DNA of 64,000 bases from Gemmatimonadales bacterium. Lineage in GTDB: Bacteria > Gemmatimonadota > Gemmatimonadetes > Gemmatimonadales > GWC2-71-9. Location: assembly GCA_050733195.1 (NCBI GenBank), contig JBOHSH010000114.1:5389-69388 (forward strand). The letters are read 5' to 3'. The position numbers and the translations under genes are program-made. The notes under the pieces are model-generated. The model did not search any database, was not told where the DNA came from, and saw only the letters and a program-made list of their open reading frames with translations. This document shows positions 52,232 through 63,014 of this stretch, piece after piece (positions within the stretch are counted from its first letter, which is position 1; every line of letters begins with the position of its first letter).

Positions 52232-53604
52232 CGCGCGCTCACCCTGGCACGAAGGCGGAACATAGCATCCGAGCGCGGCGCAAGGCGGACGTCGAAACGC
52301 CTGCGACGCGGGCCGGTCGCGACGGAGGGAACGCTGCTGGCCAGCACGGTCCATTCGTCGGACCGGAATTCATCGATCTCGACGATGCGGGCGGAGTCGG
52401 CGGTGTTCTCGAGTCGAATGGAGTACTCCACGATCGTCGCCACCGGGCGCACCAGACGGCTCCCGGCAGGACTCAGCGTGGTATCCTGCTCGGTGGCGAG
52501 CGACACCTCCGACCGGTGGGCGCGCACCTCTCCGGTCACGCCGAAGGAAATCTCGAGGGGCTCCGCCCGGTCGGACACGTCGACGAGGGCCTCCCCGGTC
52601 AGGCGCGCACCCTCAGGACGGGTCTCATAGATCCGCGCGGTCCCCGCAGGCCATCCCGCCTCCGGGGCGGGACCGAGAGACGTCACGCGAAAGCCACTGA
52701 CTACCGAGATCGCCGTTCCGGCTCCGGGCGAGGGCCGAGTCGGCTGGTTGGCCGGATTCTCGATCCGGTAGAACCGGTCCACGCTCACCGGGACGGGCGG
52801 GTGAAGCGGCAGCGACACGGTCTCGGCGGGGCCGATGGTGTGTCTGCCCGGCACGGCATAGGCGAGGATCGGCTCCCCGCCGGATCCGCCTGGATCCAGG
52901 GCGGCCTGTCGGGCCTGCTGGATAAACCGCGCGCGCTCGTCCGGTGTTCGGAAACTCGCGGGCGGGATGAACCGCGGAATCGACCCGGCCAGCACGGTGA
53001 CCCGAGCGGAATCGACCTGCAGCGCGTCGGACATGATGACGGCGTAGCTCTCGAGCCGCCCGCGACGGCCTTCCAGGCTGAGCACGTAGTGGGCGTGCCA
53101 GGACGCACCGAAGACGACGTAGCCGATCTCCAGGAGCGAACGCGCGCGCTCACTGCGAACCGTGAGGCGGGCCAGGTGGCCGGCCCCCGCGAGCTCATCG
53201 GGATACATCAGAGTACCCGGCAGCGACTGGACGACGGACCCGTCGGAGAGCTGGTACCGTGGGGGATCGGCCGACAGCACCAGCGCGCTCACCGTATCGC
53301 CGGGGCTCGCTCCCCGGAACACGACGCGCCGGCCCGCCGCCCGCCGAACCAGTGAAACCGGGTCGCCTGCTCGGGGACCCCGAACGGCGAGGATCGTGAC
53401 CCCGGAATCGAGGGAGACGAAGGAGCCAGCCACCCCGTCCTCGAAGGGAAGCGGGATGTCCGAGACGCCGCGCGGAATCTGCGCCACGATGGTCCGCCGG
53501 ACGAACACCCGTCCGTCGGGATAGACCGTCGCCTGGACCTGGGCGTCCAGGGTCGGTGCCGCCAGGCACAGCACGAACAGCGTCCCGAACGATCCAGTGC
53601 GCAT
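52228..53604 (-). CDS. secreted DUF4140/DUF4139-like protein, paralogue C
   Basis: 458 aa. Signal peptide CLAAPTLDAQ, VYPDGRVFVRRTI, GYVVFGASWHAHYVL and FDVRLAPRSDAMFRLRARV. Confidence 0.7.
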   Translation of the reverse strand: MRTGSFGTLFVLCLAAPTLDAQVQATVYPDGRVFVRRTIVAQIPRGVSDIPLPFEDGVAGSFVSLDSGVTILAVRGPRAGDPVSLVRRAAGRRVVFRGASPGDTVSALVLSADPPRYQLSDGSVVQSLPGTLMYPDELAGAGHLARLTVRSERARSLLEIGYVVFGASWHAHYVLSLEGRRGRLESYAVIMSDALQVDSARVTVLAGSIPRFIPPASFRTPDERARFIQQARQAALDPGGSGGEPILAYAVPGRHTIGPAETVSLPLHPPVPVSVDRFYRIENPANQPTRPSPGAGTAISVVSGFRVTSLGPAPEAGWPAGTARIYETRPEGARLTGEALVDVSDRAEPLEISFGVTGEVRAHRSEVSLATEQDTTLSPAGSRLVRPVATIVEYSIRLENTADSARIVEIDEFRSDEWTVLASSVPSVATGPRRRRFDVRLAPRSDAMFRLRARVSAR

Positions 53605-53622
53605 TCTCGAAGCCTCTCGCCG

Positions 53623-53937
53623 TTACGTGCGAGGAGCCCGGCCCCGCAGATAGTCCACGGCGATCCGGGTGAAGATCTCCCGGGTCAGGAAATAGGTGGC
53701 GATCGCGATCACCGCCACCCAGATCCGGCTCCGGGTCTCGAGCCGCATCCCGAGGTAGGCATAGCCGACGACGATCAGGGCGGCGAGGAGGGAGATGCGC
53801 CTGGCCCACGGAGCCGCACGCCGGGCCAGGCGGGTCCGGCAGTCGGGGCAGATGTCGCCCCAGCGAAGGCCCGGCGTCCGCTGTTCGCACTCCGCACACG
53901 GTACCGGCGGCTCAAGCGAGGCGAGCCGCGACCGCAT
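53623..53937 (-). CDS. small zinc-ribbon membrane protein, hypothetical
   Basis: 104 aa. CAEC..(12)..CPDC, followed by two hydrophobic helices. It sits 18 nt upstream of paralogue C and overlaps the IDH gene end by 26 nt. Confidence 0.45.
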   Translation of the reverse strand: MRSRLASLEPPVPCAECEQRTPGLRWGDICPDCRTRLARRAAPWARRISLLAALIVVGYAYLGMRLETRSRIWVAVIAIATYFLTREIFTRIAVDYLRGRAPRT

Positions 53938-54925
53938 CCCCGAACTCCCGGGTGGTGGCGCCGCCGCCCAGGTCCGGCGTCCGGACGGCGGCGTCGCGAA
54001 TCGTCGTCACCACGGCCCGGCGGATCCGGCCGGCGGCCTCCCGCTCGCCCAGATGGTCGAGCATCATCGCCGCCGCGAGGATCTGCGCGGTGGGATTCGC
54101 GATGCCCTTCCCGGCGATATCGGGCGCGCTGCCGTGCACCGCCTCGAAGATCGCGGCCGACGTGCCGATGTTCCCCCCCGGCGCGACGCCGAGCCCGCCG
54201 ACGAGGCCCGCGATCTCGTCGCTCAGGATGTCGCCGAAGAGATTGGTGGTGACGATCACGTCGAACCGCTCGGGCCTGAGCACGAGCTGCATCGCGCAGT
54301 TGTCGATGATCAGGTCCTCGCTCTCCACCCGGCCCCGGAACTCCTCCGCGATCCGCTTCCCGACCTCCAGGAAGAGCCCGCCCACCATCTTGAGGATGTT
54401 GGCCTTGTGGACGATGGTGACCTTGCGCCGCCCGTGACTCACCGCGTACTCGAACGCGTAGCGGATGACCCGCTCGCACCCGATCCGGGTGACGATCGCC
54501 TGGGACACGCCCACGGCCCGGGGGTCGTCGCCGACGTGGATGAAGTGCTCGACGCCGGAATACAGGCCCTCGAGATTCTCCCGCACCAGCACGATGTCGA
54601 TGCCGTCGTACCGTCCGGGGAGGATCGTCGCACAGGGCCGCACGTTGGCGTAGAGCTGGAATTCCTTTCGAAGCGCCACATTGACCGAGCGGAATCCTCC
54701 GCCCACCGGCGTGGTGAGCGGCCCCTTGAGGGCCACCCGCCGCTTGCGGATGCTCTCGAGCGTGACCTCGGGGAGCGGATCGTCGGCCCGCTCGACGCCG
54801 GCCATGCCCGCCGGCTGCGGGTCCCAGTCGAACCGCACGTGGGTCGCATCGAGAACGCGGAGGGTCTGCTCGGTGATCTCGGGGCCGATCCCGTCGCCGG
54901 GGATCAGCGTCACCTGGTAGGCCAT
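53912..54925 (-). CDS. NAD-dependent isocitrate dehydrogenase-like (isocitrate/isopropylmalate dehydrogenase family)
   Basis: 337 aa from ATG 54925 (tail of track ORF 53912..55591). [43 protein letters not shown] and [10 protein letters not shown]. Substrate specificity is not resolved. Confidence 0.85.
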   Translation of the reverse strand: MAYQVTLIPGDGIGPEITEQTLRVLDATHVRFDWDPQPAGMAGVERADDPLPEVTLESIRKRRVALKGPLTTPVGGGFRSVNVALRKEFQLYANVRPCATILPGRYDGIDIVLVRENLEGLYSGVEHFIHVGDDPRAVGVSQAIVTRIGCERVIRYAFEYAVSHGRRKVTIVHKANILKMVGGLFLEVGKRIAEEFRGRVESEDLIIDNCAMQLVLRPERFDVIVTTNLFGDILSDEIAGLVGGLGVAPGGNIGTSAAIFEAVHGSAPDIAGKGIANPTAQILAAAMMLDHLGEREAAGRIRRAVVTTIRDAAVRTPDLGGGATTREFGDAVAARLA

Positions 54926-54927
54926 GC

Positions 54928-55542
54928 CTACGGCTCGACGGGAACGATGGTCGCGAGCGCGACCCGCAGGGCCTGGGTGGCGGTCTCGCCCCGGCCCGGA
55001 GCGCGGGTCCGCCAGAGCACGGTGCCGAGCCGGCCGTCGGTGAGCACGGCGACGAGCGTCACCTCCACGCTGTCGCCGGGCCCGGGGGTGAGCGAGAGGG
55101 CCGCGGGCACGAACGCGTACCGGGCGCCGCTCGCGAGCCCGACGAGCTGCCGGATATAGGTGCGCAGCGGGTCCGGCACGGTCTTTTGCTTCGGGCCTCG
55201 CATTACCGACTGGCCCATCTGGTCGGGGCTCGGCAGGATGCCGGGCGCCCGGGCGGCGATGCGGCGGAGCTCGGCCGGCAGCAGCCAGTTCACCTCGGGC
55301 GCTCGCTCGGTGAGCATCTCGCCCAGCAGCGAGTCGGCCCAGCGCAGCGTGGTCGCGCGATTCGCGGAGGCCCCGCCGGGCAGCCGGGGATCCGTCAGGA
55401 CCATGGTGAGCGGAAGCACCGCGACGCCCTGTCCGGCGAGGGCGGCGGTCACGAGCGGCTGCGGCGGCTCCGGGGGCTGCTGCGCCCGGGCGGCGCAGGC
55501 GGGGAGCGCGAGCATGAGAAGCGCGAGGTGCGGGCGGGACAT
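54928..55542 (-). CDS. secreted hypothetical protein
   Basis: 204 aa. Signal peptide LLMLALPACAARAQ. No recognisable family. Its stop abuts the IDH start. Confidence 0.5.
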   Translation of the reverse strand: MSRPHLALLMLALPACAARAQQPPEPPQPLVTAALAGQGVAVLPLTMVLTDPRLPGGASANRATTLRWADSLLGEMLTERAPEVNWLLPAELRRIAARAPGILPSPDQMGQSVMRGPKQKTVPDPLRTYIRQLVGLASGARYAFVPAALSLTPGPGDSVEVTLVAVLTDGRLGTVLWRTRAPGRGETATQALRVALATIVPVEP

Positions 55543-55553
55543 GAGGAGAAGAT

Positions 55554-55647
55554 AGACGGGCAGACGGGCAGACGGACAGACTTCCCGTCAACCGTTCCCC
55601 GTTCCCCGTTCCCCGTTCCTCGTTCCCGTTCCCCGTTCCCCGTTCAC
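55554..55647. repeat. composite array: (GACGGGCA)x3 then CGTCAAC + (CGTTCCC)x8
   Basis: agacgggcagacgggcagacggacagac (55554-55581), then cccgtcaaccgttccccgttccccgttccccgttcctcgttcccgttccccgttccccgttcac (55584-55647). The SDR stop TGA (55644-55646) is inside it. Confidence 0.9.
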
Positions 55648-56501
55648 TCCAGCGACAGCCCTCCGTCCACGACGATCGTCTGTCCCGTCACATGCCGGGC
55701 CTCCTCGGAGCAGAGGAAGCTCACCACGCGCGCGACGTCCTCCGGCTCGGCGATCCGGCCGAGCACCGAGCTCTTCCGCGCCTTGTCGATCACCTCGGGC
55801 GGGAGCTGCTGCAGGCGCTCGGTCCGGATGAAGCCGGGAGCGACGGCATTGACGTTCACGTTGGCCGGCCCGAGCTCGACCGCCACGGCGCGCGTGAGCC
55901 CCTCGAGGCCCGCCTTGCTCGCGGCGTAGCTCGCCACCCCGAAGCCGGGATGCGCCGCGAGATGGGAGCTCACGTTCACGATCTTCCCGTACCGCTGTCC
56001 CCGGAAGATCGGGGCGACGGCGGAGATGCAATTGAACGCGCCGGTCAAGTTCGTGTCCATCACCTCGTCCCACTCGGCCGGGGTCAGGCGCCAGTGCGCG
56101 CCGTCGTTGGCCACGCCCGCGTTGTTCACGAGGTAGTGGACCGTCTCGAACCGGCTGCGCACCTCCTGGACGAAGCGCTCGACGGAGCTCCGGTCGCGGA
56201 CATCGCAGCAGTCGGCGTAGACCGGCACGCCCATCGCGGAGAGCGTGGTCTCGGTGAGGAGCGCCGTCTCGCGCACGTCGCGGCCCGGCATGTCGACGAA
56301 ACAGAAGGCGACCTTGCACCCCAGCCGCCCGAACTCGAGCGAGACGCTGCGACCGAGCCCGGTCGCGCCGCCCGTGATGAGGGCCACCTTCCCCCCGAAA
56401 CCGCCGCGGGCCAGTGCCGCCGGGTCCGGCTGCTCCAGCACGGCGCCCGACGGTCGGCCTTCCTGCCGCCACGACGGCGTCGTGAATTCGGGAGAGGGCA
56501 T
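55644..56501 (-). CDS. short-chain dehydrogenase/reductase (FabG-like)
   Basis: 285 aa from ATG 56501 (residue 69 of the track ORF). VALITGGATGLGRS, NNAG and the catalytic SYAASKAG. Confidence 0.85.
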   Translation of the reverse strand: MPSPEFTTPSWRQEGRPSGAVLEQPDPAALARGGFGGKVALITGGATGLGRSVSLEFGRLGCKVAFCFVDMPGRDVRETALLTETTLSAMGVPVYADCCDVRDRSSVERFVQEVRSRFETVHYLVNNAGVANDGAHWRLTPAEWDEVMDTNLTGAFNCISAVAPIFRGQRYGKIVNVSSHLAAHPGFGVASYAASKAGLEGLTRAVAVELGPANVNVNAVAPGFIRTERLQQLPPEVIDKARKSSVLGRIAEPEDVARVVSFLCSEEARHVTGQTIVVDGGLSLE

Positions 56502-56586
56502 GGTTCGGGCCAAGGTACGGAGCGCCCTCCGGCCTCGCAAGCCAGCCGGCGTGGAACGCGGAAGCGGCGCGCCGTACATTGTGTGC

Positions 56587-58623
<2,037 letters not shown>

Positions 58624-58626
58624 CGG

Positions 58627-58716
58627 CAGAACGGGGAACGGGGAACGGGGAACAGGGAACAGGGAACAGGGAACAGGGCGTCCCGTTCCCCGTTCACCGT
58701 TCCCCGTTCACCGTCC
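58627..58716. repeat. inverted pair of (GGGGAAC/AGGGAAC)n and (CCGTTCC/CCGTTCA)n arrays
   Basis: Left arm 58627-58678, a 3-nt loop, right arm 58682-58716. It lies between the convergent cstA and MFS genes. The MFS stop (58694-58696) is inside the right arm. Confidence 0.92.
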
Positions 58717-59932
58717 ACCACACCACCGCCCCCACTCCCAGCGCCACCGCCGACGCGACGAGAGCCACCGCCTGGCCCTGGGTCTCGTACATCCATCCGA
58801 ACAGGAGTCCCGCGGGCAGCGCCGCGGCGCCGGCGAGTCCCTGATAGATCCCGAAGGCCCGGCCGGTCCGGACCGGGGCGAGCCGGGTGACGGCCAGCCG
58901 CTCCGCGGGCTCCACGAGGCCGGCGCCGACGCCGTACGCCAGAAACACCGCCACCGCTCCCTCGGCTCCGGCGACCACGGCGAACAGGACCAGAATCCCC
59001 GCATAGACCAGCGAGCCGAGCGCCAGCGACGATCGCACACCGGCCCGGTCCGCCAGCACCCCGCCGGGGTAGCTCGCCACGCTCCGCACGACATGAAGCC
59101 CCGCCCAGGCAAGCGGGATCATCGCAACCGCCACACCCGCCTCCTGGAGCCGGAGCAGCAGCAGCGCCTCCGGAATCCGGCCGGCGCTGAGCAGGACGAG
59201 CACGGCCAAAGGCCCGGTGAACGGGGAACGGGCAACGGGGAACGGTGATGGTTGTCGGTTGATCGGTGACGGTGAATCCATCACCGTACCCCGTTTACCG
59301 TTTACCGTTGACCTTTCACCGTGTCGCCCCAGCCAACGCAGCACCACCGCCAGCACGACTATCGCCGCGACGGCCGGGACCAGGCTCGCGGCTATCACCG
59401 AGCGCGGATCGCTCCCGGCCGAGAGCATGAGCCAGGCGGTGAGCGAGCCGAGCACCGCGCCCAGGTGATCGGCTCCGCGATGCAGCCCGAAGGCCCGGCC
59501 TCGAAGCGGTACTGGAGTGACTCGGGAGAGAAGCGCATCGCGAGCGGGCGAGCGCAGTCCCTTGCCCAGACGGTCGAGCATCCTGAACGCGATCACCTGC
59601 CACGCGGCGGACGCGACCGCGATGAGCGGCCGTACCAGCAGCGCGAGAGCGTAACCGACGGCAATGAGCGGCCTGGTCCAGCCGGAGCGGTCGGCAAGGC
59701 GGCCGCTCGCGACACGCACCGCGGAGGCCGTCAGGTCCGCGGCGCCATCGAGCGCTCCGAGGGCGAGGGCCCCGCCGCCGAGCGGGCCCGTGATGAGCGC
59801 CGGCAGCACGGGGTACACCATCTCGCTCGCGAAGTCGTTGAAGAGCGAGACCGCGCCGAGGCCTTTGACCTCGCGGGGAAGCCTCTCCCCCTCGGCGCTT
59901 GGTGCCGCCCCCGCCCCCGCGGCCTCAGCCAT
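58694..59932 (-). CDS. MFS transporter carrying an in-frame repeat insertion in the central loop
   Basis: 412 aa from ATG 59932 (residue 64 of the track ORF). 6+6 TM layout and an MFS loop motif (GRLADRSGWTRP). The central loop HGERSTVNGKRGTVMDSPSPINRQPSPFPVARSPFT is encoded by repeat DNA. Confidence 0.8.
   Translation of the reverse strand: MAEAAGAGAAPSAEGERLPREVKGLGAVSLFNDFASEMVYPVLPALITGPLGGGALALGALDGAADLTASAVRVASGRLADRSGWTRPLIAVGYALALLVRPLIAVASAAWQVIAFRMLDRLGKGLRSPARDALLSRVTPVPLRGRAFGLHRGADHLGAVLGSLTAWLMLSAGSDPRSVIAASLVPAVAAIVVLAVVLRWLGRHGERSTVNGKRGTVMDSPSPINRQPSPFPVARSPFTGPLAVLVLLSAGRIPEALLLLRLQEAGVAVAMIPLAWAGLHVVRSVASYPGGVLADRAGVRSSLALGSLVYAGILVLFAVVAGAEGAVAVFLAYGVGAGLVEPAERLAVTRLAPVRTGRAFGIYQGLAGAAALPAGLLFGWMYETQGQAVALVASAVALGVGAVVWWTVNGER
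59215..59322. repeat. intragenic inverted heptamer-repeat element (108 nt) inside the MFS gene
   Basis: ggtgaacggggaacgggcaacggggaacggtgatgg..ccatcaccgtaccccgtttaccgtttaccgttgacctttcaccgtg. The units are the same as in the intergenic arrays. The two arms are inverted, and the length is a multiple of 3. Confidence 0.85.
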
Positions 59933-61526
59933 CCAGCTCCATCCCCCAGCGGATGAGCGGGAGCGGCAGCCCGCCGAAGGCGAGCACCGCGTCGTGGAAC
60001 CCGGCGATGCTGAAGGAGGCGCCCGCGACCGCGCGCAGGTCGTCGCGGAGTCGGAAGAGATTCCGTCTCCCGAGGATCGCCGCGCACGCCGAGAGCGGCC
60101 TGCACGCGAGACGCCGAACATCCGCCACCGCGGTGCGGCGCTCGATCGGCAGATGGGCCACCAGATGCTCGATGCATTCCGCCGGCCCGAGCTGTTTCAT
60201 GTGGAGCCCGAGGTCCGCGACGGCGAGGTGGGCATCGCGCAGCAGGAGGACCCGCTCGGCGAGACGTGACGCCGGATCGGGCGCGTAGCCCAGCTCCGCC
60301 ATCACCTCGCTCGCGTAGAGGCTCCAGCCCGCCGTCGTGCTCGGCGACGTGATCTCGCGCCTCACCAGCCGCGCGAGGCCGGCGCGCCGCGCGTCGAAGA
60401 AGTGCCGACCCGGGACGCCGAGCCGGGCGGCGAGCCACTCCAGCCGGCGGCGATCGTGCTCAGCGCGGAGCCAGTCGGCGCTCGAGTGGTCCGGAACCCT
60501 GGCCGGAGCCGAGAGGCGTGCAGAGGCCGAAACGGCGAGCCCCGACGGCCGGTACTCTGCCACCGGCTCCAGCACCGTCGCGAAGGCCGGGGCTTCGGCG
60601 CCCGCGAGCGGCGGCAGCTCCTCGTCGACGAGGCCGGCGGTGCGGGCGAACTCCGCCGAGCCGGCCGCGGCCCGATCCCACTCGACGACGAGATCGTCGG
60701 AGATAATCCCGTCGTGGCGAAGGTCCTCGTAGACGTCCCGCCACGGCCGGCCGGGCTCCACCCGTGCGGCCGCGTCGGCGACCTCGCGCTCGAGCTCGCC
60801 CGTGAGCCGATTGCCGTAGCGCCACAGCTCGGCCGCGTTGTGGCTGCTCGCGTGCTCGTGATGAAGACGCCGGTCGATCTCCTCCTCGCCGATCGCGCAG
60901 GCGGAGGGCTCGGGGTGCGGGGCGATCTCGGTGCGGAGAAAGAGCCGCAGGCGGTCGACCGCCGCTTCCGCCTCGCCCAGGACCTCCGTCACGTCCTCGC
61001 CCGCGCTGATCCAGGCGCCGGCGAAGCGGCGTCTGCTCTCCTCGACGAGCGGTGCAAGCGCGTCGAGCTGCTCTACCGCGGTCTCCACCAGGAGGAGGGG
61101 CGGCTCGACGAGCGTCTCGCGCGCGGCGGTGAAGAAGCCCGGGAGCCCGCCGAGCCGCGCGAGGGCCGCGGCGGCGGTGGCGGAATCGGGTGGACGCTCG
61201 AGGAGGGTGGAGAGGGCGAGGCCGGCGTGCTCGACCCAGAGCGCCGGGTTCCGGATGTGGGGTCGCTCGTGATCGAGGCGGAAGAGCTGCACCCGCAGGT
61301 GGTCGAGGAGCGCCGTCCGGTCGATCTCGTCCGCGAGCTCCTCGACTTCGAGCTCCTCCGCCGCCCCGGCGATCGAGCGCAGCGCCGCCGCGTGCTCCCG
61401 AATCCCCGCCGCATCCCAGGGCGCGAGCCGGCCGTCCTGCTCCGCGATCCCGGCCAGCGTGGCCGCCGCGGGATCGAAATGCCACCAGAGATCGAGAAAG
61501 CTGCGGCAGAGATCGTCGGATGACAT
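59925..61526 (-). CDS. DUF885-like protein
   Basis: 533 aa from ATG 61526 (residue 27 of the track ORF). ..VPGRHFFD.. and ..AGWSLYASEVMAELGY resemble the DUF885 core. The upstream 26 codons are translated (GGGGACT)n repeat. Confidence 0.7.
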   Translation of the reverse strand: MSSDDLCRSFLDLWWHFDPAAATLAGIAEQDGRLAPWDAAGIREHAAALRSIAGAAEELEVEELADEIDRTALLDHLRVQLFRLDHERPHIRNPALWVEHAGLALSTLLERPPDSATAAAALARLGGLPGFFTAARETLVEPPLLLVETAVEQLDALAPLVEESRRRFAGAWISAGEDVTEVLGEAEAAVDRLRLFLRTEIAPHPEPSACAIGEEEIDRRLHHEHASSHNAAELWRYGNRLTGELEREVADAAARVEPGRPWRDVYEDLRHDGIISDDLVVEWDRAAAGSAEFARTAGLVDEELPPLAGAEAPAFATVLEPVAEYRPSGLAVSASARLSAPARVPDHSSADWLRAEHDRRRLEWLAARLGVPGRHFFDARRAGLARLVRREITSPSTTAGWSLYASEVMAELGYAPDPASRLAERVLLLRDAHLAVADLGLHMKQLGPAECIEHLVAHLPIERRTAVADVRRLACRPLSACAAILGRRNLFRLRDDLRAVAGASFSIAGFHDAVLAFGGLPLPLIRWGMELDG

Positions 61527-61654
61527 GGCTGGCTGGGGACTGGGGACTGGGGACTGGGGACTGGGGACTAGGGTTGAGGAGCCAAAACTACCGCGCGCAG
61601 ACAAGTCTCCTAGCTCCCCAGTCCCTAGTCCCTAATCCCTAGCTCCCTACCTCA
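61527..61654. repeat. inverted pair of (GGGGACT)n and (TCCCTAG/AGTCCCC)n arrays
   Basis: Left arm 61527-61579 (ggctgg ggactgg x5 ..ggactagggttgagg), a spacer of about 27 nt, right arm 61607-61654. The nucleotidyltransferase stop TAG (61639-61641) is inside the right arm. Confidence 0.9.
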
Positions 61655-62616
61655 GAGTGGTCCCCCAAACTCGCGCTCCCCCGGTAATCACGGACGATCA
61701 CGTCATTGCCCAGCATGCTCTGCGTGAGCCGAGAGCCATGGATCCGGCAATCGCGGCCCACCAGGGAGTGCGAAACCTCGCTGTCGGCGATGGTGGTGCC
61801 CCGCTCGACGGTGACGTTGGGCCCGATGGTGGAGCGCTCGATGGTGACAGCGTCCTCGATCAGCACGGGCTCGTGAACCGTCACGCCTGCGCCCACGGCG
61901 CCCCGGCGGGCCGCGCCCTTCCGGAGCAGGATCTCGTTGGTCTCGAGCAGGGTATCCAGCTTGCCGCAGTCGTACCACCCGGCCACTTCCGCGGTCCGGA
62001 TCTTCCGGCCCTGTTCGATCATCCACTGGAAGGCGTCGGTGAGGAAGAACTCCCCCTTGTTGGGCGGAGCGGCGAGCACGACGTCGATGCCCTGCCAGAG
62101 CGCCTCGACGTCGCGAATGTAGTAGAGCCCGATGTTCGCCAGCCGGGAGATCGGCTCGCTCGGCTTCTCGACGATGCGGGTCATGTAGCCGTCGCGATCG
62201 GTCACCACGACGCCGAAGCGCTGGTAGTCCTCGACCTCCTTGGCCCAGATGATCCCCGCCGCGTCGGTGCGATGGATGATGGAGAGATCGGCCTCGAAAA
62301 CCGTGTCGACGAAGACGATCATCACCGGGCCGGTCACGAGCGGCCGCGCCAGGTTGACCGCGCCCGCGGTGCCGTCCTGCACCCGCTGCTCGATGTAGCG
62401 GCACGGGATGCCGTAGCGCCCGCTGGCGTACGCCTCGACCTGCTCCTTGAGATGGCCGGTGATGATGATCAGCTCGGTGATATGCACCGGCTCCAGCGTA
62501 TCCATCACCCAGTCCATCACCGGCCGGCCGGCCACCTTGAGCATCGGCTTCGGGATGAGGTGGGTGTGGGGGCGGAGCCGAGTGCCCTTCCCGGCGAGGG
62601 GGATGATGACCTGCAC
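61639..62616 (-). CDS. sugar-phosphate nucleotidyltransferase with C-terminal left-handed beta-helix
   Basis: 325 aa. IIPLAGKGTRLRPHTHLIPKPML (GxGTRxxP), followed by hexapeptide repeats at the C-terminus. Confidence 0.85.
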   Translation of the reverse strand: MQVIIPLAGKGTRLRPHTHLIPKPMLKVAGRPVMDWVMDTLEPVHITELIIITGHLKEQVEAYASGRYGIPCRYIEQRVQDGTAGAVNLARPLVTGPVMIVFVDTVFEADLSIIHRTDAAGIIWAKEVEDYQRFGVVVTDRDGYMTRIVEKPSEPISRLANIGLYYIRDVEALWQGIDVVLAAPPNKGEFFLTDAFQWMIEQGRKIRTAEVAGWYDCGKLDTLLETNEILLRKGAARRGAVGAGVTVHEPVLIEDAVTIERSTIGPNVTVERGTTIADSEVSHSLVGRDCRIHGSRLTQSMLGNDVIVRDYRGSASLGDHSEVGS

Positions 62617-62617
62617 G

Positions 62618-62974
62618 TCAGCTCCTTCCGTACCGGTCCGAGAGCCGCACCAGGTCGTCGAGCTCAGGGGTGGAGGCCTCGAGGACGTCGCTGTCCTGCA
62701 CCGCCTCGAGCTCGTGGATGGTCTTCGGGGTGATGCGGACCGAATCCCCGGGCTTGAGCCGGCGCTCCTCGCGGCCCGCTCCGTCCCCCAGCCAGAGGAT
62801 CAGCTCGCCGCGGAGGACGTGCATCGTCTCGTCCTTCACGTTGTGATACTGGCAGCTCAGGCGGTGCCCGGCGTTCACGTGGAGGACCTTGCCCACGTAC
62901 CGGTCGGTGCGGGCCCAGACCAGCTCGTAGCCCCAGGGCTTCTCGACGCGATACGGCACGCCCGCCTCAGACAT
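62618..62974 (-). CDS. cupin-domain protein (type II phosphomannose isomerase C-terminal-like)
   Basis: 118 aa from ATG 62974. VEKPWGYELVWA...YVGKVLHVNAGHRLSCQYHNVKDETMHVLRG. The track start TTG 62989 lies in the repeat. Confidence 0.8.
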   Translation of the reverse strand: MSEAGVPYRVEKPWGYELVWARTDRYVGKVLHVNAGHRLSCQYHNVKDETMHVLRGELILWLGDGAGREERRLKPGDSVRITPKTIHELEAVQDSDVLEASTPELDDLVRLSDRYGRS

Positions 62975-62982
62975 GAAGGCTC

Positions 62983-63014
62983 CTGTCAACCGTCAACCTT
63001 TACCGTTCTACCGG
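62983..63014. repeat. heptamer cluster (TGTCAAC CGTCAAC CTTTACC GTTCTAC)
   Basis: ctgtcaaccgtcaacctttaccgttctaccgg. The ferredoxin stop TAA (63000-63002) is inside it. It shares CGTCAACCTTT with the loci at 7855 and 20111. Confidence 0.75.

Noticed and set aside
56245-56586. 114-codon N-terminal extension of cstA
   Set aside because: It overlaps the divergent SDR gene and has no CstA similarity. The hydrophobic CstA N-terminus starts at ATG 56587.
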